Shown here one piece after another: positions 26,256 through 38,827 of a stretch of 64,000 nt of DNA. The DNA comes from Oculina patagonica (lineage: Eukaryota): the NCBI RefSeq assembly GCF_052425735.1, contig NC_135763.1:37448001-37512000 (forward strand). Direction: 5' to 3'. Position 1 is the stretch's first letter. Every line of letters begins with the position of its first letter. Below the pieces are notes generated by a model. The model saw only the letters and a program-made list of their open reading frames with translations, was not told the origin of the DNA and made no database searches. The translations under genes were made by a program, and so were the position numbers.

Positions 26256-26662
26256 TCTGACAAAAGCCCAGGAACTGATGGCCTTCCATCCGAATTCTAC
26301 AAAACCTTTTGGGACGAATTATCTTCTATCTTGATTGACGCCCTGAACTACGGTTACAACACAGGGCAACTCTCGATTACACAGAGACGAGGAATAATTA
26401 AACTTATACCAAAAAAAGATTCAGACCCACATTTCATTAAAAACTGGCGCCCGATAACCCTTCTTATCTGTGATTATAAAATAGCCGCGAAAGCCATCGC
26501 AAATCGATTTAAAGCTGTTATACCAAATCTCATCAACAATGACCAGACTGGCTTCCTAAAAGGACGATTTATAGGAGAAAACATCCGATTGATAGACAAT
26601 ATTATTGAATATGCTTCACAAAAAAACATTCCAGGCTTGTTACTTTTTATAGATTTTGAAAA
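26256..26662 (+). mobile_element. Fragment of a non-LTR retrotransposon reverse transcriptase (L1/Tx1-like)
   Basis: KSPGTDGLPSEFYKTFW, IKLIPKK, NWRPITLL, DYKIAAKAIANR, DQTGFLKGRFIGENI, FIDFEK; truncated at both ends. Confidence 0.9.
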
Positions 26663-27624
26663 AGAGTCTCGCCTACGCTTACCATCAGTAATGACGTGTA
26701 AAAACAAACTTCCTTCGTGAATAAAATTCATTTTAGTTATGAAGGAAGTGCTTATGTACACTGCAATTTAGCCATGAAAGTAAGGCTCCGTACGTGGGTG
26801 GAATGTTTGTTTTCCTGCGAATGCGCACAGATTTCCGTCGGTTGCCTCCGTCTGCGGTCGCAGGAATATTTAAAGTTTACTTGAGTGATTTTAGGTTGGT
26901 CGAGCAATAAAATTGGACGTCTATCGGCTTCGTTCGTTAGGATTTGCCGCTGTTTACAGGTGTCGGGTCTTCGACTTCTAGACGAAAGCAATCATGTTTG
27001 TTAAATTGTCTTTGGTTTATTGAGCTATGATTGCTTAGAAAAACTTTGTTATGTGCCCTGGCCAATCAGAGAAAACACGCTGATTTTTCAGCCAATCAGC
27101 AGCGTAACTAAATCCAACCTTACCTCGACTTGGCTTAGAGGTTAGTGGTTGGGGGGGAATTTTTTTTTTTTTTTAAAAATTTAAAAATTTTTTAAAAAAG
27201 GAAGAGAGGAAAAATCGCCAGTTGTCGTGCGCATGTTGAATTTTCCCGCGTTTTGCACCGGTTGCATGTTTGTAAAAGACTCAAGTTCAGTTTATTTCCG
27301 TAAACTTGAAATTACATTGAAGTTAAAGAAAAAAGAATGTCGCAATAAGAACTTTTTTTATTATTATACAACACGACTGCACGAGAGTAGATAAATTACT
27401 TTTTCGTTGATGTCTTTTATATTTCTCAGAGTTTCTAATTGTCTGAGTCCGCTTGTCTTCAGCTTTGGAGTTGCTAGGCAACAGACAAAGAATGACGACG
27501 ACAATCCGGTTTGGAAACTTCCGGGTTGTTCGATGATAAAACTTTTCGGATATTATCGGAACATTTTCGCATATCATCGGAAACTCTTCGGATAGGGCGC
27601 CAAAGACAGCAGTTGTTTTTCTCA

Positions 27625-30600
27625 TTATAAAACAGACGGCGTTGTGCTCGAGTCCTGTGTCTCTTGGTCTTGTTGTTCCAGTTTTGCTATTTCAGCCTTC
27701 ATTTGGTGGATAGCGTCTTTGTACGTTTTAAGTTTCTCATTCATCTCGCTGATTTCTTTGCCGATCTTTTGCCGGGCACCGCCTAACGAGGCTGTTGTCC
27801 TTTGTTCAATTTCAGCCCCTGTGTGTAGTTACATGCAAAAAGAAACGTTAACATTCTAGTCCCCAGCTTTAATTCATAACCTTTCTCAAGAGAGGATTAG
27901 GGGACAGAGAGGTATCTTATCCTCTCTTGCCTTTCTTTAACAAGCAAGAGTTGAGAATAATGGTTTTGATTAGAAACTGAATTCTCTCAACAAATTGTAA
28001 AAAAATGTATAGAATACATTATAGCGAAGTTCGATGTTGATCTTGGGAACAGTACATCCACACTCTCTACACTAAGAATGTGTGGCTCCTGTTTTCTTAT
28101 AAGGATCACACCCTCTTCTAGACTTGTTCCTAGCTGTACCAGAGAAAATGGACCTGCACTCACTGTCAATACTTCTCTACACTTCTCAAACTCATTAAAA
28201 ATTCATCAAGTCAAAACAAAGAAAATCATAACCGTGAAGCAGGTTTGGAAACCCGGTCTTAATTAGCACAGATTTTTACTGTTTTATTTCTCTGGTTACT
28301 TTATAGTTTTTGCTTTGATTGAGAAGATATGTCAAACACTGGAGACAGTGTTTCATCGGCTATCCAAACACCTCAAATTGTGTCAAAAATACTCCACTCC
28401 ACCTGACTCGTCCCCAGTCGTCTTCATATAGCATGCGGCAAAGATACAGCGGAGGGAAAGACGGGTACTAAAAAAGGGAGCGCAAGGGGAGATGGGTAGG
28501 GAGACCTGGCACGTGTGCTTCTCCCTTTGTTGCGTGCTATATGAAGACGAATGGGGACGAGTCAGCCACTGCAGGTCATATTTTTAACTCTTTTCTTGGT
28601 GTTTGGATATCCCAATAAATAAACTGTCTCTTGTGCTTGATATATTACTTGAAAGTCTCTTCCCGCTGCAGGATGAAGAGCGGACACAAGGGAGTGGGGG
28701 AAATCTAGCTTAGGTCTCATGGAATTTTCAATGACAACAGACAGAAAAGGGATTATAAACAGATCTACAATCACTGACCATTATTGGCAGTGGATGATTT
28801 GTCACTTACAGTCAGTCTCGTGTTTTATTGGCTGTAACTGCCTCGCACTCAATAAACACTGATGCATCATCTGTGTGGGGTCTTGGAAAATCTGGAAAGT
28901 TAAAACAATGAAAAAAAATATGTACCCGCGATAGCCACAAGCTGGTATATGCAAGCTAAGTGCTTTAGAACTGAATTCTGATTGATACAGTATGACGGAG
29001 TCACATCAAGAGGCTAAATCTTCTGCTTACTGCAGTGTTCTTCCTAATTTTCTAGTTGAAAAGTTTTCAGGCAATAAAACTTTTCAAACCAATTAAAAAT
29101 TTCTGGTAAATCTCAGTCGTTTTCTAAAGTACCTACATGGAAAAGAATGTTGTCCAATGCTGGTCGAATTTTATTTTAAGATGTTTTAAGTTTCGTGGCG
29201 TTTGCAGGGGTAGCAGGGGTCTATACTTCCCACTTCCCCTAACTTTTACTCCCAGTTCTCTCTTAGTGGTTACCACCTCTTTGCGCAATTTCTATTACAG
29301 AAATAATATCAAGATATGTTGCAATTGTTTTCTCAATTTCTGCTGGTTCCTGCCACCCTGGGAATCCACCTTTCCCCCTCTTCTCTCACCTTCTGTACCC
29401 TTTCATCCCCATACCCACCGGCCCCTGCCCCCCTCCCCCATCCACTTATGAGTCCCTCCCAGGCAAAAAAAATCCAGCTTTAAACAGCCATTCAACTTAC
29501 AATCTCATCATAGAACTCAGAAACCAATTGTTTCTTTCCAGAAGCAAGAGCAGATTCTGTTTGGAAAAGCTTCAAAAGATGATAAAATGTCACCTGCAGA
29601 AAACAAGGGAAAACGTTTCAAATAGAAGCTCAAAAAAGAAAAATTCAAACAGTTTTATACAGTATGTCTCATTCTAATAAAAAAAGAAAATGTATCTTAA
29701 GCAAAGGGCCCATAACCCCTCCATTTGTTTGTTACAGTGATATACAACAAAGTTTAAATAAATATGCAATCAAATAATTATTACAACATACTTTAATTTT
29801 TGCAGAGGTATTTCACTGCAATCTCTACCAAACTTTATATTAATAACTGAATTTCTAATTTCTTATCCACTGCAAGCACTGGAAGTACTAACCGGTCTCT
29901 CCGCCTGATCCATGAAGAATATTTTGATCTGTATTTCAAATTCTCCCCAACCTGACTCATTCACTTCATATGGAGGTTTTGTTACAACTGTAACAATGAC
30001 ACAAAATCCATTAGAGTGAAAATGTTTTAAAATGGAAAATTAAATACAAATAACATAAATCCAGGAACAGGGAATCCAAAATAGCTTCAAGAAACTGATC
30101 TGACTGCAGTCTTCTGACAGATCTCTTACACTGTACCTCTCATTGGATTGGCATAGCTTTCATGAAGTTTAAAGTGGACTTTCTTTACATAGCTTGACAT
30201 GTCCTATGGAAAATTTAAAATACACTGTAGTTGACTACATCAATGCTTTCATGGTCACAGCATTACAAAGCGTTGTTCATATTGTGATTGTGAGCACTTT
30301 AAACATTTTTTTAACTTTTAGCAGCACCTTTCAATTAAAAGTCCCTCACCCTCTACCTTCCTGAATGGTTTTAATCAGCCGATCAATGATCGATCAGTCC
30401 ATCTGTCCATTTATTTGTCAGTCAGTCACTGGGTGTACCGTATTTTCTCGATTAAACGCCGGGTCTCCAAGGTGAAGTTGTAAATAAGCCCCTCAAGCAT
30501 TTATTCGGGATGTAGAATGGTTTAGGAAAAGTGGCAAAATATATGGCTGTCAAAACTAAAGAACGGAAACCCTTGGTTACAAACATCGGGCTTGAATAAG

Positions 30601-32219
30601 CTGCAGGATTCGAATAAACGCCGGCTCCATCAGGCCAAGTTTGAAATAAACGCCGGGGGCGTTTAATTGAGAAAATACGGTTTTCAAAGTAAATCTCATG
30701 TTAAAGATATCCCGGGGGGGGGGGGGGTACTCCCATAAATTTCAGATAGGGGTGTGCCGCCAAGGTTCTTAAACCCTGACCCTATTTAAGGATAAAGAAA
30801 GCGAAAATTTATACCCTTTTTAAGGCCCAAAACCGAAAAATGACACCCTATTCAAGGGTAGGAGAAGCGTTCCGTGACGACTCAAATAACGGCTAACCGT
30901 GCACGGCAAGACACAAATCTTTATAAAATCGCTTTACTAATACCTGAACAGAAAATTCAGTTTTAAGAAACCTTTTTTTTTTGTTTAGCTGGGCTGCGAC
31001 ATACCTATATAGTTATGTGCCGGTATAGGTATGTCCCCCTCCTGCCCCCTCCCCCCCCCCGGGAAGATATCCCAACATTCTCAAAATTCTATGTTATTCG
31101 AAGACAAAATAATTAATTTGAACATCTGAACACTCAATAAGACGTGCTTAAATACTCCAAAGACTATGATTAAAGGCCAGTATATCACCCACATTTGAAA
31201 TAAGAAATTGGAAACACCATAGATCGTTGGCATAACCCCCGGGGGGGGGGGGGGTACTCCATATAACGGCCTATACGGGGAGGCTCCGCCCGAAAAGGGG
31301 TACCTTTTTCAGGCTTCAGGTATATAAAAGGGTAGGTATTTCACGAGTTTAAGTATATGAAAGGGTATGGAAATCTGTCATTTGGCTATTTAAAAGGGCC
31401 TTAAATTAAAATATTTCGAACAGACGCAATTTATGGCTGTATTATTTTAATTTATTAAGCGTTACATAAAAAAAGACAAGAAAATGTGCTATTTTAAGTC
31501 CACGCCATGTCTCTTAGATATATGAAAGGGGTACCTTTTTTCAGTTAAAGGTATACGAAAGGGGTACAATTTCTGTCAAAAATGGTATATAAAAGGGTAA
31601 GGGGTTAGAACTTGGGGCGGAGCCTCCCCGTATAAAACTTTCCCCCCGGGGCTTAACCCACATAAAATACACTCTGGTCAGTCAACCAATCAATTGGTTG
31701 GCCAGTCAGTCAGTCAAGATGCCAATTCTTCAGACCCCTTTTAGGCATGATTTCACATCATACACTGGAGTACAAAACAAATGAATTTTACTTAAGCTTA
31801 TGTAGAACCACATACATTTGTATTACGTCTATATTCATGTAAAATGGTTTTATTTTCCTCCAGTGGTAATGGGTCCATTCTAGAACTATTACGATTTTTT
31901 TCGTTAAAAAGTAGTTATTAATCCTACAGTTAATAAAATAGCAACAAATCCAGGTAGGTAGCTTTGTGCAGGGATTTGTTCATACCTCATTCTTAAAAGG
32001 CCGAAGAAACACAGTCCAGCCGTGTGTATGGCCGTCGCTTTCACGTTTCTTTCCAAAGTAATGAGAAACATTTCCAAATATGACTGGCTTTACGATTGTA
32101 ACACCCTTTAAGGAACAACACAGAATAGTTTTCTTTAAAGTAAAAAGACATAAAACTGGCAAATTTGTCCAAAACACAAAACAAACCTTTGCTCTCGCGT
32201 TGTCACCGGAGGACGCCAT
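27625..32219 (-). CDS. YEATS4: YEATS domain-containing protein 4 (GAS41), 227 aa
   Basis: Exons 32219-32187, 32105-31986, 30203-30137, 29987-29893, 29593-29501, 28891-28810, 27818-27625. Motifs [43 protein letters not shown] and a C-terminal coiled coil. Confidence 0.95.
30438..30680. mobile_element. MITE with CCGTATTT TIR
   Basis: ccgtattttctcgattaaacgcc ... ggcgtttaattgagaaaatacgg. Confidence 0.7.
30711..31063. mobile_element. CCCGGG(G)nTACTCC-type non-autonomous element with a 7-8-bp TSD
   Basis: aagatat flanks both ends; poly-G and poly-C termini. Confidence 0.6.
31237..31649. mobile_element. Second CCCGGG(G)nTACTCC-type element
   Basis: Flanked by ggcataac and ggcttaac; internal aggggtacc subrepeats. 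Confidence 0.6.
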
Positions 32220-33580
32220 ATTGTTTTAGTCAGCGTTGATCATCGCGGGCTCAAAGATTGTTGCTTTGTTCGTCAAGTAATTTTAACAAAGTGTAGAGCA
32301 AGTAGGCTTCACACATGCATGCAAGCGTTGGGTATTTCTTGGTCTTTACCGTGTCAGGATTTTAATAACCGAATTCAGGCATGGCCACCAAAGTTGCGTA
32401 AAATATAAAAATGGCCACATTATAATTAGTCTGCGAATACAGCCGCCTCTCTTCGCTCCGGGCGGTTTGGCGTTTCGTGAGACGAAAAAAAAAAATCAAA
32501 AACGCCAAACCGGCCGGGGGCGAAGAGATGCGGCTGTATTCGCAGGCCACTTTATAATTAAACAGTACAAAAGAACATTTCAATTATTAAAACAGCAAAT
32601 ACAAAAGCAAGTACGGATGGACAAAAGATTGAAAAAGATTAAAATAAATTGCAATAGAACTGAATCAAGTTTGCTTTAACTTTTAATTATAACGCCTGGG
32701 AGACATATTTGTTTTTTAGAAGCTATGGATTTTTCATTTAGAACCATTGAAGTAATGTTTGAGTTTCATAGCGAGCAGTTGGCAAAATTTAATAAAATAG
32801 ATTAAACTCAGCCTTGTCACAGTACCTTTACTTCACTTAAAGTCATTATTTTTACTTTTTTATCTATGTAAGGCGCATTTGATTGTTTTGTAATGAAATT
32901 TGCGCTATACAAATTTTAATTATTAACATTAACTGTTTGGATAGTGATTCAAATATAAAAAGGTGACCAACTGACAGCTAGTCATTTGGTTTCTGAAGCT
33001 AGTTCCTGTGTGTAATCCATTTCGCGCAATTTTATGTTTACAAACTAAGAATTTTATTAAATCTGGACTTGCAACCTATTTGGGGTTCCGGGAAAAAAGG
33101 GACAAATGAGGAAGGGGCGTATAGTGAAAAAAAAATAAGGGAGAAGTGACCAATCCATCACTGGCTTTGGCCATAAAGCATGTTATTTGCTTCTTTCTTT
33201 ATATCTTGAGTTTATACTATAAAAAAACATAAAATAAAATTTAAAAAGTATATGGTCCTACGAAAGCCTGCGTAGCTATACAAGCAGAAGAAAGGGGATT
33301 AATTATAAGCACTTAATCCTCAAAAGTGGACCGTTAAAACTAACACCCTATCAGCGTATATCATCACCTTTTGCGCACACTTCGCCGAACGAGATGGTTT
33401 TTTGCGCCCTCCTTGCGCGACTCGACTGACCCTAAGAAAACTGAGAGACTACCAGTATACAACAATCGATTAACCTGTACTGTGTACAAAATTTGTGTGT
33501 TTTTTTGGTGTGTGCTTTCCAGACACCGCTCCTAAAGAATTCGTGGAAAGGTTTAACTGATTTGAAGAAGAGCACAATTT

Positions 33581-34513
33581 TCACCCATTAATCTTCCCAC
33601 ATCTTGTAATTTTAGCGAAGGCTCTGCGGTAACGTTGCAGCCGCCATGCAAAAACGAAAGGGTTCATGCTTGAGTTGGCCGCGATTAGGATGTAATTCAA
33701 ATCCTTCGCCCACTGAATAAAAACACAGTTACAACTTCCGCAAAAGATGATCACGTAGATTAGAATCAGCGACGGGAGAAAACAACAAATGAAGAGCGCC
33801 AACATGATCAGAAATGTTTTTGTGATTTTCTTCTCCAGTTTGATGGCTCTCAACTTGGCGTGGTTGTCTCGGTCATTACCACCGTGTAGAGCATCACAAT
33901 TCTTGACTTTATGTTTTAAGGTTTTGAAGACTTTAGCATAAGTGAGGCATAGCACGGTAAATGTAGCCACCACTGCTGTATTGGCGAAAAAGAACTGATA
34001 CTTTAAATAACCGACTTGAAAGTAAAGAAACGGTAATCCAGTGGAGACGATCCATAGAACGAGTGAAACGATGGCAACCCGTTTCGTGCTCAGCCTGATT
34101 CTGTATTTGAGGGGATCTGTGATAGCATTGAATCTATCTACAGTCAATGCAGCCAAGCTTAGCAGCGACGCAGTGGTAGAAATGAAGTATCCAACCCGTC
34201 TAGCATGATCTCGGGGAAGAAAAGTAACGTGATGAGCCGTCAAGGACTCGCGGATATAGAAGTCCACCGACATCGGCAGCGCAAAACATCCCACGATCAA
34301 ATCTGCTGCCGCTAAATTGGCCACCAAGAAGTTAAATGGAGATCGTAGATTGCGATTGGGATCGATAATGACAGCAAGAAGCACAAGGAAGTTTCCTGCG
34401 ACAGCTGTAACCGTGAGAACGGAGCAGAAACTAGCTGAAGTAATGCTCAACGAAGTCGGTGTAGAGACATTTGAACAGTGGTACAGTGAAGACACTGGTA
34501 CAGTTAACGACAT
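33581..34513 (-). CDS. Intronless class A (rhodopsin-like) GPCR, paralog 1, 310 aa
   Basis: Seven hydrophobic segments; GN in TM1, LAAAD in TM2, DRF, W in TM4, CFLP, NSSMNPFVF. Confidence 0.9.
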   Translation of the reverse strand: MSLTVPVSSLYHCSNVSTPTSLSITSASFCSVLTVTAVAGNFLVLLAVIIDPNRNLRSPFNFLVANLAAADLIVGCFALPMSVDFYIRESLTAHHVTFLPRDHARRVGYFISTTASLLSLAALTVDRFNAITDPLKYRIRLSTKRVAIVSLVLWIVSTGLPFLYFQVGYLKYQFFFANTAVVATFTVLCLTYAKVFKTLKHKVKNCDALHGGNDRDNHAKLRAIKLEKKITKTFLIMLALFICCFLPSLILIYVIIFCGSCNCVFIQWAKDLNYILIAANSSMNPFVFAWRLQRYRRAFAKITRCGKING

Positions 34514-34923
34514 TGTAGCTCTCTGATCTCTCGTCTCGTCTCGTCTCTGTTTTTGCTTTGTTTGATTTTATTTTTTTTCTGTGCTGCAGATGTCTTTAAA
34601 CTCCGAAGCATAAATGAGGGAGTGGTGAGACTGAGAAGCAATTACATTTCTTTTAATAAAGATATCTTAACAGGGAGTCCACGTCACAAAAATGTGGTTT
34701 TCAGTGGGGCTCTGCATAAAATAAATTACTTTACAAGTCATATTTTTAAAAGCTGATTTTTACAAATTTATTGTTATACTGGTATTAAAAAAACAAATAC
34801 AGGTATTAAAAAAACATTTTGAAGGTCCAATATTTCATGAGCTTTCAATGTGATTTGGCTTTTTAGGAAATGACTTTCGTCAACTTTGAATATGAACTTT
34901 TGATGTCTTTTAAGTTTATTCAA

Positions 34924-35272
34924 TGTGTTAATTAAAAATAGTTTTAATATAGAAGCAGTACCTTATCGCAGGCGAATTTAAAGACCTTTTCAACGACGTG
35001 GGTCAATCACACAAAACCATGACAGTTCGTGTGTCAATAACGGGGGCTCAGTTCGGCTAGTGTATTGTTTCTTCAAAATAATATTTCCGAAAGTATAGAG
35101 TTAATTAAAAATAATTATTATATAGAAGCAGCGCCGTATCGTAGGCTATTTAAAAGAGTTTTAAAATTCTTCAGTGATAATGTAAAACGACGCAGCGCAG
35201 GCCAATCACACAAACCGTGCAAGTTCGTGTCAATAACGAGCGCTCCGTTCGGATAGTATATTGTTTCTTTAC
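34924..35272 (+). repeat. Two diverged ~175-bp direct repeats upstream of GPCR paralog 1
   Basis: gttaattaaaaata..atatagaagcag..caatcacacaaa..gttcgtgt..tcaataacg..gttcgg.tagt..attgtttctt occurs twice. Confidence 0.65.
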
Positions 35273-35677
35273 AATTATAAATAGCAAACCAATTCACAAA
35301 CGTTGCTTGAGGAGCTAGGCAGATTTTCGGCAATTGTTTTTCACCGTCTGAGCTCACTGGCTTTCGGGATAAAGCGTTACTGTGAAAGTTATATTTTCTG
35401 ATTAAATATTGCTTTTATAGAGCGAAACATCAAAACACTTACATCATCAGCGAATCATTCCCAAATTTCATCTTATAGCTAGTTTTCGCAGAAATGTGTG
35501 ATAAATAATCGACGATCGAAGAAAAGATTGGTTCAACGCGAAAACAAGTGTCAGAATAAAAGCCGAACTTCGTACACGCTGGCTCCACCCATGCACCGGA
35601 CACGCCGGCTTCAACCGGCAATATAAATTGTACTCGGACTTTAAATATGTTAGAAAACACGACCAATTAGCAGAATT

Positions 35678-36047
35678 AGGGCCTCTTCGTGAGCCTGGTT
35701 GACCAGACTGACGAGGCTACGGAGATCTCGGTTTTGTGGTAACCGATCGAGATCTCGGCAACCGGGAATTTTCCCATATGAACACTCCAGCTCGGTTACC
35801 GCGATGAACCTTTTTTGAGAAAATTAAATAGCTTCGCTTTCGCAACTAGGCGGTCAAAATGGCATTATTGTGCCTTGTATACATTTACTTTATTGGAACA
35901 GTTAACGTTGCAAGTGTCGATTAAGCTAAGAAACTCGCAAACGATGTAACTGCATGTGTCGCTTTTTTGGTCAGTTTCGTCTAATGAAAAAAATTCGTCC
36001 CGGTAACCGAGACAGCCCGTTTACCGAGCTCATATGAAGAGGCCCTA
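35678..36047. mobile_element. Harbinger-like MITE
   Basis: tagggcctcttc ... gaagaggcccta terminal inverted repeat. Confidence 0.55.
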
Positions 36048-37807
36048 GCGGATTCGTTGTACAAACAAGCCCGTCGACTGCAACCGGCAAAATGTTAAAG
36101 CAATTGAAATAACACAACATTTTGTTGACCACTTGTATAACACATTGACACGAAGAGGTGTTGCAAAACTGAAAATTAAAAATTGTCGTGTTGCATTTTG
36201 CTCTCACGGTTTTCACGGCTGACACTGTGACACCTACTTTGTGGTACATGGTCCATGGTATATGAGCTCATATACCATTGTCTCTTAACCAATCAAACCT
36301 TAGGAATTGCAATACACCATGGCAAGTTTTTAATAAAAATGAGCACCTTTCGTTCATCCCTCATTTGGCAACAATATTGTCTACCTGTCAAGTGGTTCTG
36401 TTAATTTCACAAAAAAGGATATATTTCAGTCGGAAGCCTTGCCGTGTTACTTCTACGGAAGGAGAAATCAAACAATCGCCTTCACTCAGTTTGTGCTCTC
36501 AAAATTTATTTCCTGCCATTTTATCAAATTAAATGCTCTTTGCGTGATCATTCACGATGACCTTACAGTACACGGTTTTCAGTTGGCTCCTCTATTTGTT
36601 AAATATAACTTACAGTTTTTGTATTGTACATGAAAGTGAAACTGTCCCGGCTTGCGGACAAGGTTTGTCTCCGACGTGTTAAGGTTTCGGGGAGGGGTGA
36701 GCTCGGATTGAATAAAATACCATCTAAAAAAAATATGGGCTTCTTCTGTAACTTTTCGCCTAAAAACAGCCTAGGTGCGCTAGTTGCGACCCGGACCGCG
36801 AGGGGAATGGTGTTGCGACTCGAGAATTAGCCTGGCAACGCAGCCGCGTGGAGCCGGTAAAATACGAGGATCCGCCACTGGCTGTGGCCATAAAGTATTA
36901 TAAAATATAGACCAATAAATATAATATTAAGAAATCAGTAGCAATTAAATTAATTAAACTTGAGCCAGGAGGCTTGGTTCTCTGGCTTCGCTGTTGTAGG
37001 GCGCTTAGTTGCTGGGCGCGCGACTGATCCTCAAACACGCACTCTTGTGTCAGCACAAGTGTGTCCCTTGTGTCACACTTAAGTGTCAGCACATATATAT
37101 AAGGTCTGTTTCTGTTAGGCTGGTTTCGCATAAATTTGCGGTTTCGCAGCCCGTGCCCCTTTGGTTTCTAAACTGAAAATAAAAATCTTCGCTATGTGAT
37201 AATATACAGTGGAATGCGATTACGAATTAATAAAACGTGACCTTTCCACACAGGTTAAATACTCCATTCACAGGATGCCTCTATATTCGATAAAATAGAC
37301 TTAAAGTGATATCGTATTTTCGGAGAAACTATGCAAGATCAAATCGGATCACGGCTGAGTAAATACAGTATGTAAATATACTGACAAAATGGTAGTTAGT
37401 TACAAAATATACAAATTAAAGCAATATGTTGACCTGCCAGGGTTTTTTTCATAATATATAAACCTTAAAATGCACCCAAAATATTACAGATCTTGTTCTA
37501 CTGATCTCCCAGTATAAAAGGAAGAGATAAATAGTTATGACTTTTAAAAAATCGAAACATCGTGTTTACTTTACCGAAACTGAATCAATGCCCAACAATG
37601 GAACATTGAATGCAAATTTCACGTTTTCGGAAAACTGACTGTGAAACTTCCCAGGTTACAAAAACGAATTGCAAGCGTGCAGGCTGACAAATGCCGCTAT
37701 GAATGTTTCATCAGTTTTCTATCGATTACCAGTAGCAATCGTACTGCGATTGTTATTGACTTAACAATGTTGATTTTTGGCAACAAACGAGTTTACAGAA
37801 ACACAAT

Positions 37808-38827
37808 CTAACTGGGCGTGTTGTCACTAGATGTGTACGTCCCTGATACTGTTGTCACTGTTCCCAAGGAATTCATGGAAAGGTTTAACTGCATAGAAAC
37901 CGAGCGCAGTTTCCGCATAATCTTTCCACATGTTATAATCTTAGCAAAGGCTCTACGATACGGTTCCAAACGCCATGCGAAAACGAAAGGATTCATGCTT
38001 GAGTTGGCCATGATCAAGATGTAATTCAAATCCCTTGCCCAGTGAATAAAAACACAGTTACAACTTCCGCAAAAACTGATCACATAGATAAGAATCAGCG
38101 ACGGGAGAAAACAACTGATGAAGAGCGCCAACATGATCAGAAATGTTTTTGTGATTTTCTTCTCCCATTTGATCGCTCTCATCTTGATGTGATTGTCTCT
38201 ATCGTGGCCATCGTGTAGAGAATCCCAGTGCTTCACTTGATGCTTGAAACTTTTGAAGACTTTAGCATAAGTGAGGCATAACACGGTAAATGTAGCCACA
38301 ACTGCTGTATTGGCGAAGAAGAACTGATACTTCAAATAACCCACTTGAAAGTAAAGAAATGGAAATGCAATGGAGACGATCCACAGTGCAAATGAAACGA
38401 TGGCAGCCCGTTGAGTTGTGAGCTTGATTCTGTATTTCAGTGGATCTGTGATAGCAATGAATCTGTCTACAGTTAATGCAGCCAAGCTCAACAGCGAAGC
38501 CGTTGTAGAAATGAACGCACAAACCCGTCTTGCATGATCGCGTGGAAGAATCACAGGGTGATGGGTCATAGCTTCGCGGATGTAGAAGTCCACCGACATC
38601 GGCAGGGCGAAACATCCCACTATCAAATCTGCTGCCGCTAAATTGGCCACCAAGAAGTTAAATGGAGATCGTAGATTGCGATTGGGATCGATAATGACAG
38701 CAAGAAGCACAAGAAGGTTGCCTGTGACGGCTGTAACCGTGAGAATGGAGCAGAAACTAGCTGAAGTAATGCTCAACGAAGTCGGAGCAGAGATATTCGA
38801 ACACGGATACAAACCAATTAAAGACAT
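37808..38827 (-). CDS. Intronless class A GPCR, paralog 2, 339 aa from the first ATG
   Basis: Close paralog of 33581-34513 with DRF, CFLP, NPFVF and a Ser/Thr-rich tail. The ORF-track start at 38893 is a TTG; ATG 38827 aligns with the paralog's start. Confidence 0.9.
   Translation of the reverse strand: MSLIGLYPCSNISAPTSLSITSASFCSILTVTAVTGNLLVLLAVIIDPNRNLRSPFNFLVANLAAADLIVGCFALPMSVDFYIREAMTHHPVILPRDHARRVCAFISTTASLLSLAALTVDRFIAITDPLKYRIKLTTQRAAIVSFALWIVSIAFPFLYFQVGYLKYQFFFANTAVVATFTVLCLTYAKVFKSFKHQVKHWDSLHDGHDRDNHIKMRAIKWEKKITKTFLIMLALFISCFLPSLILIYVISFCGSCNCVFIHWARDLNYILIMANSSMNPFVFAWRLEPYRRAFAKIITCGKIMRKLRSVSMQLNLSMNSLGTVTTVSGTYTSSDNTPS

Noticed and set aside
33581-33583. Selenocysteine TGA in the GPCR
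   Set aside because: It aligns to Arg rather than Cys in the paralog, and I recognised no SECIS.
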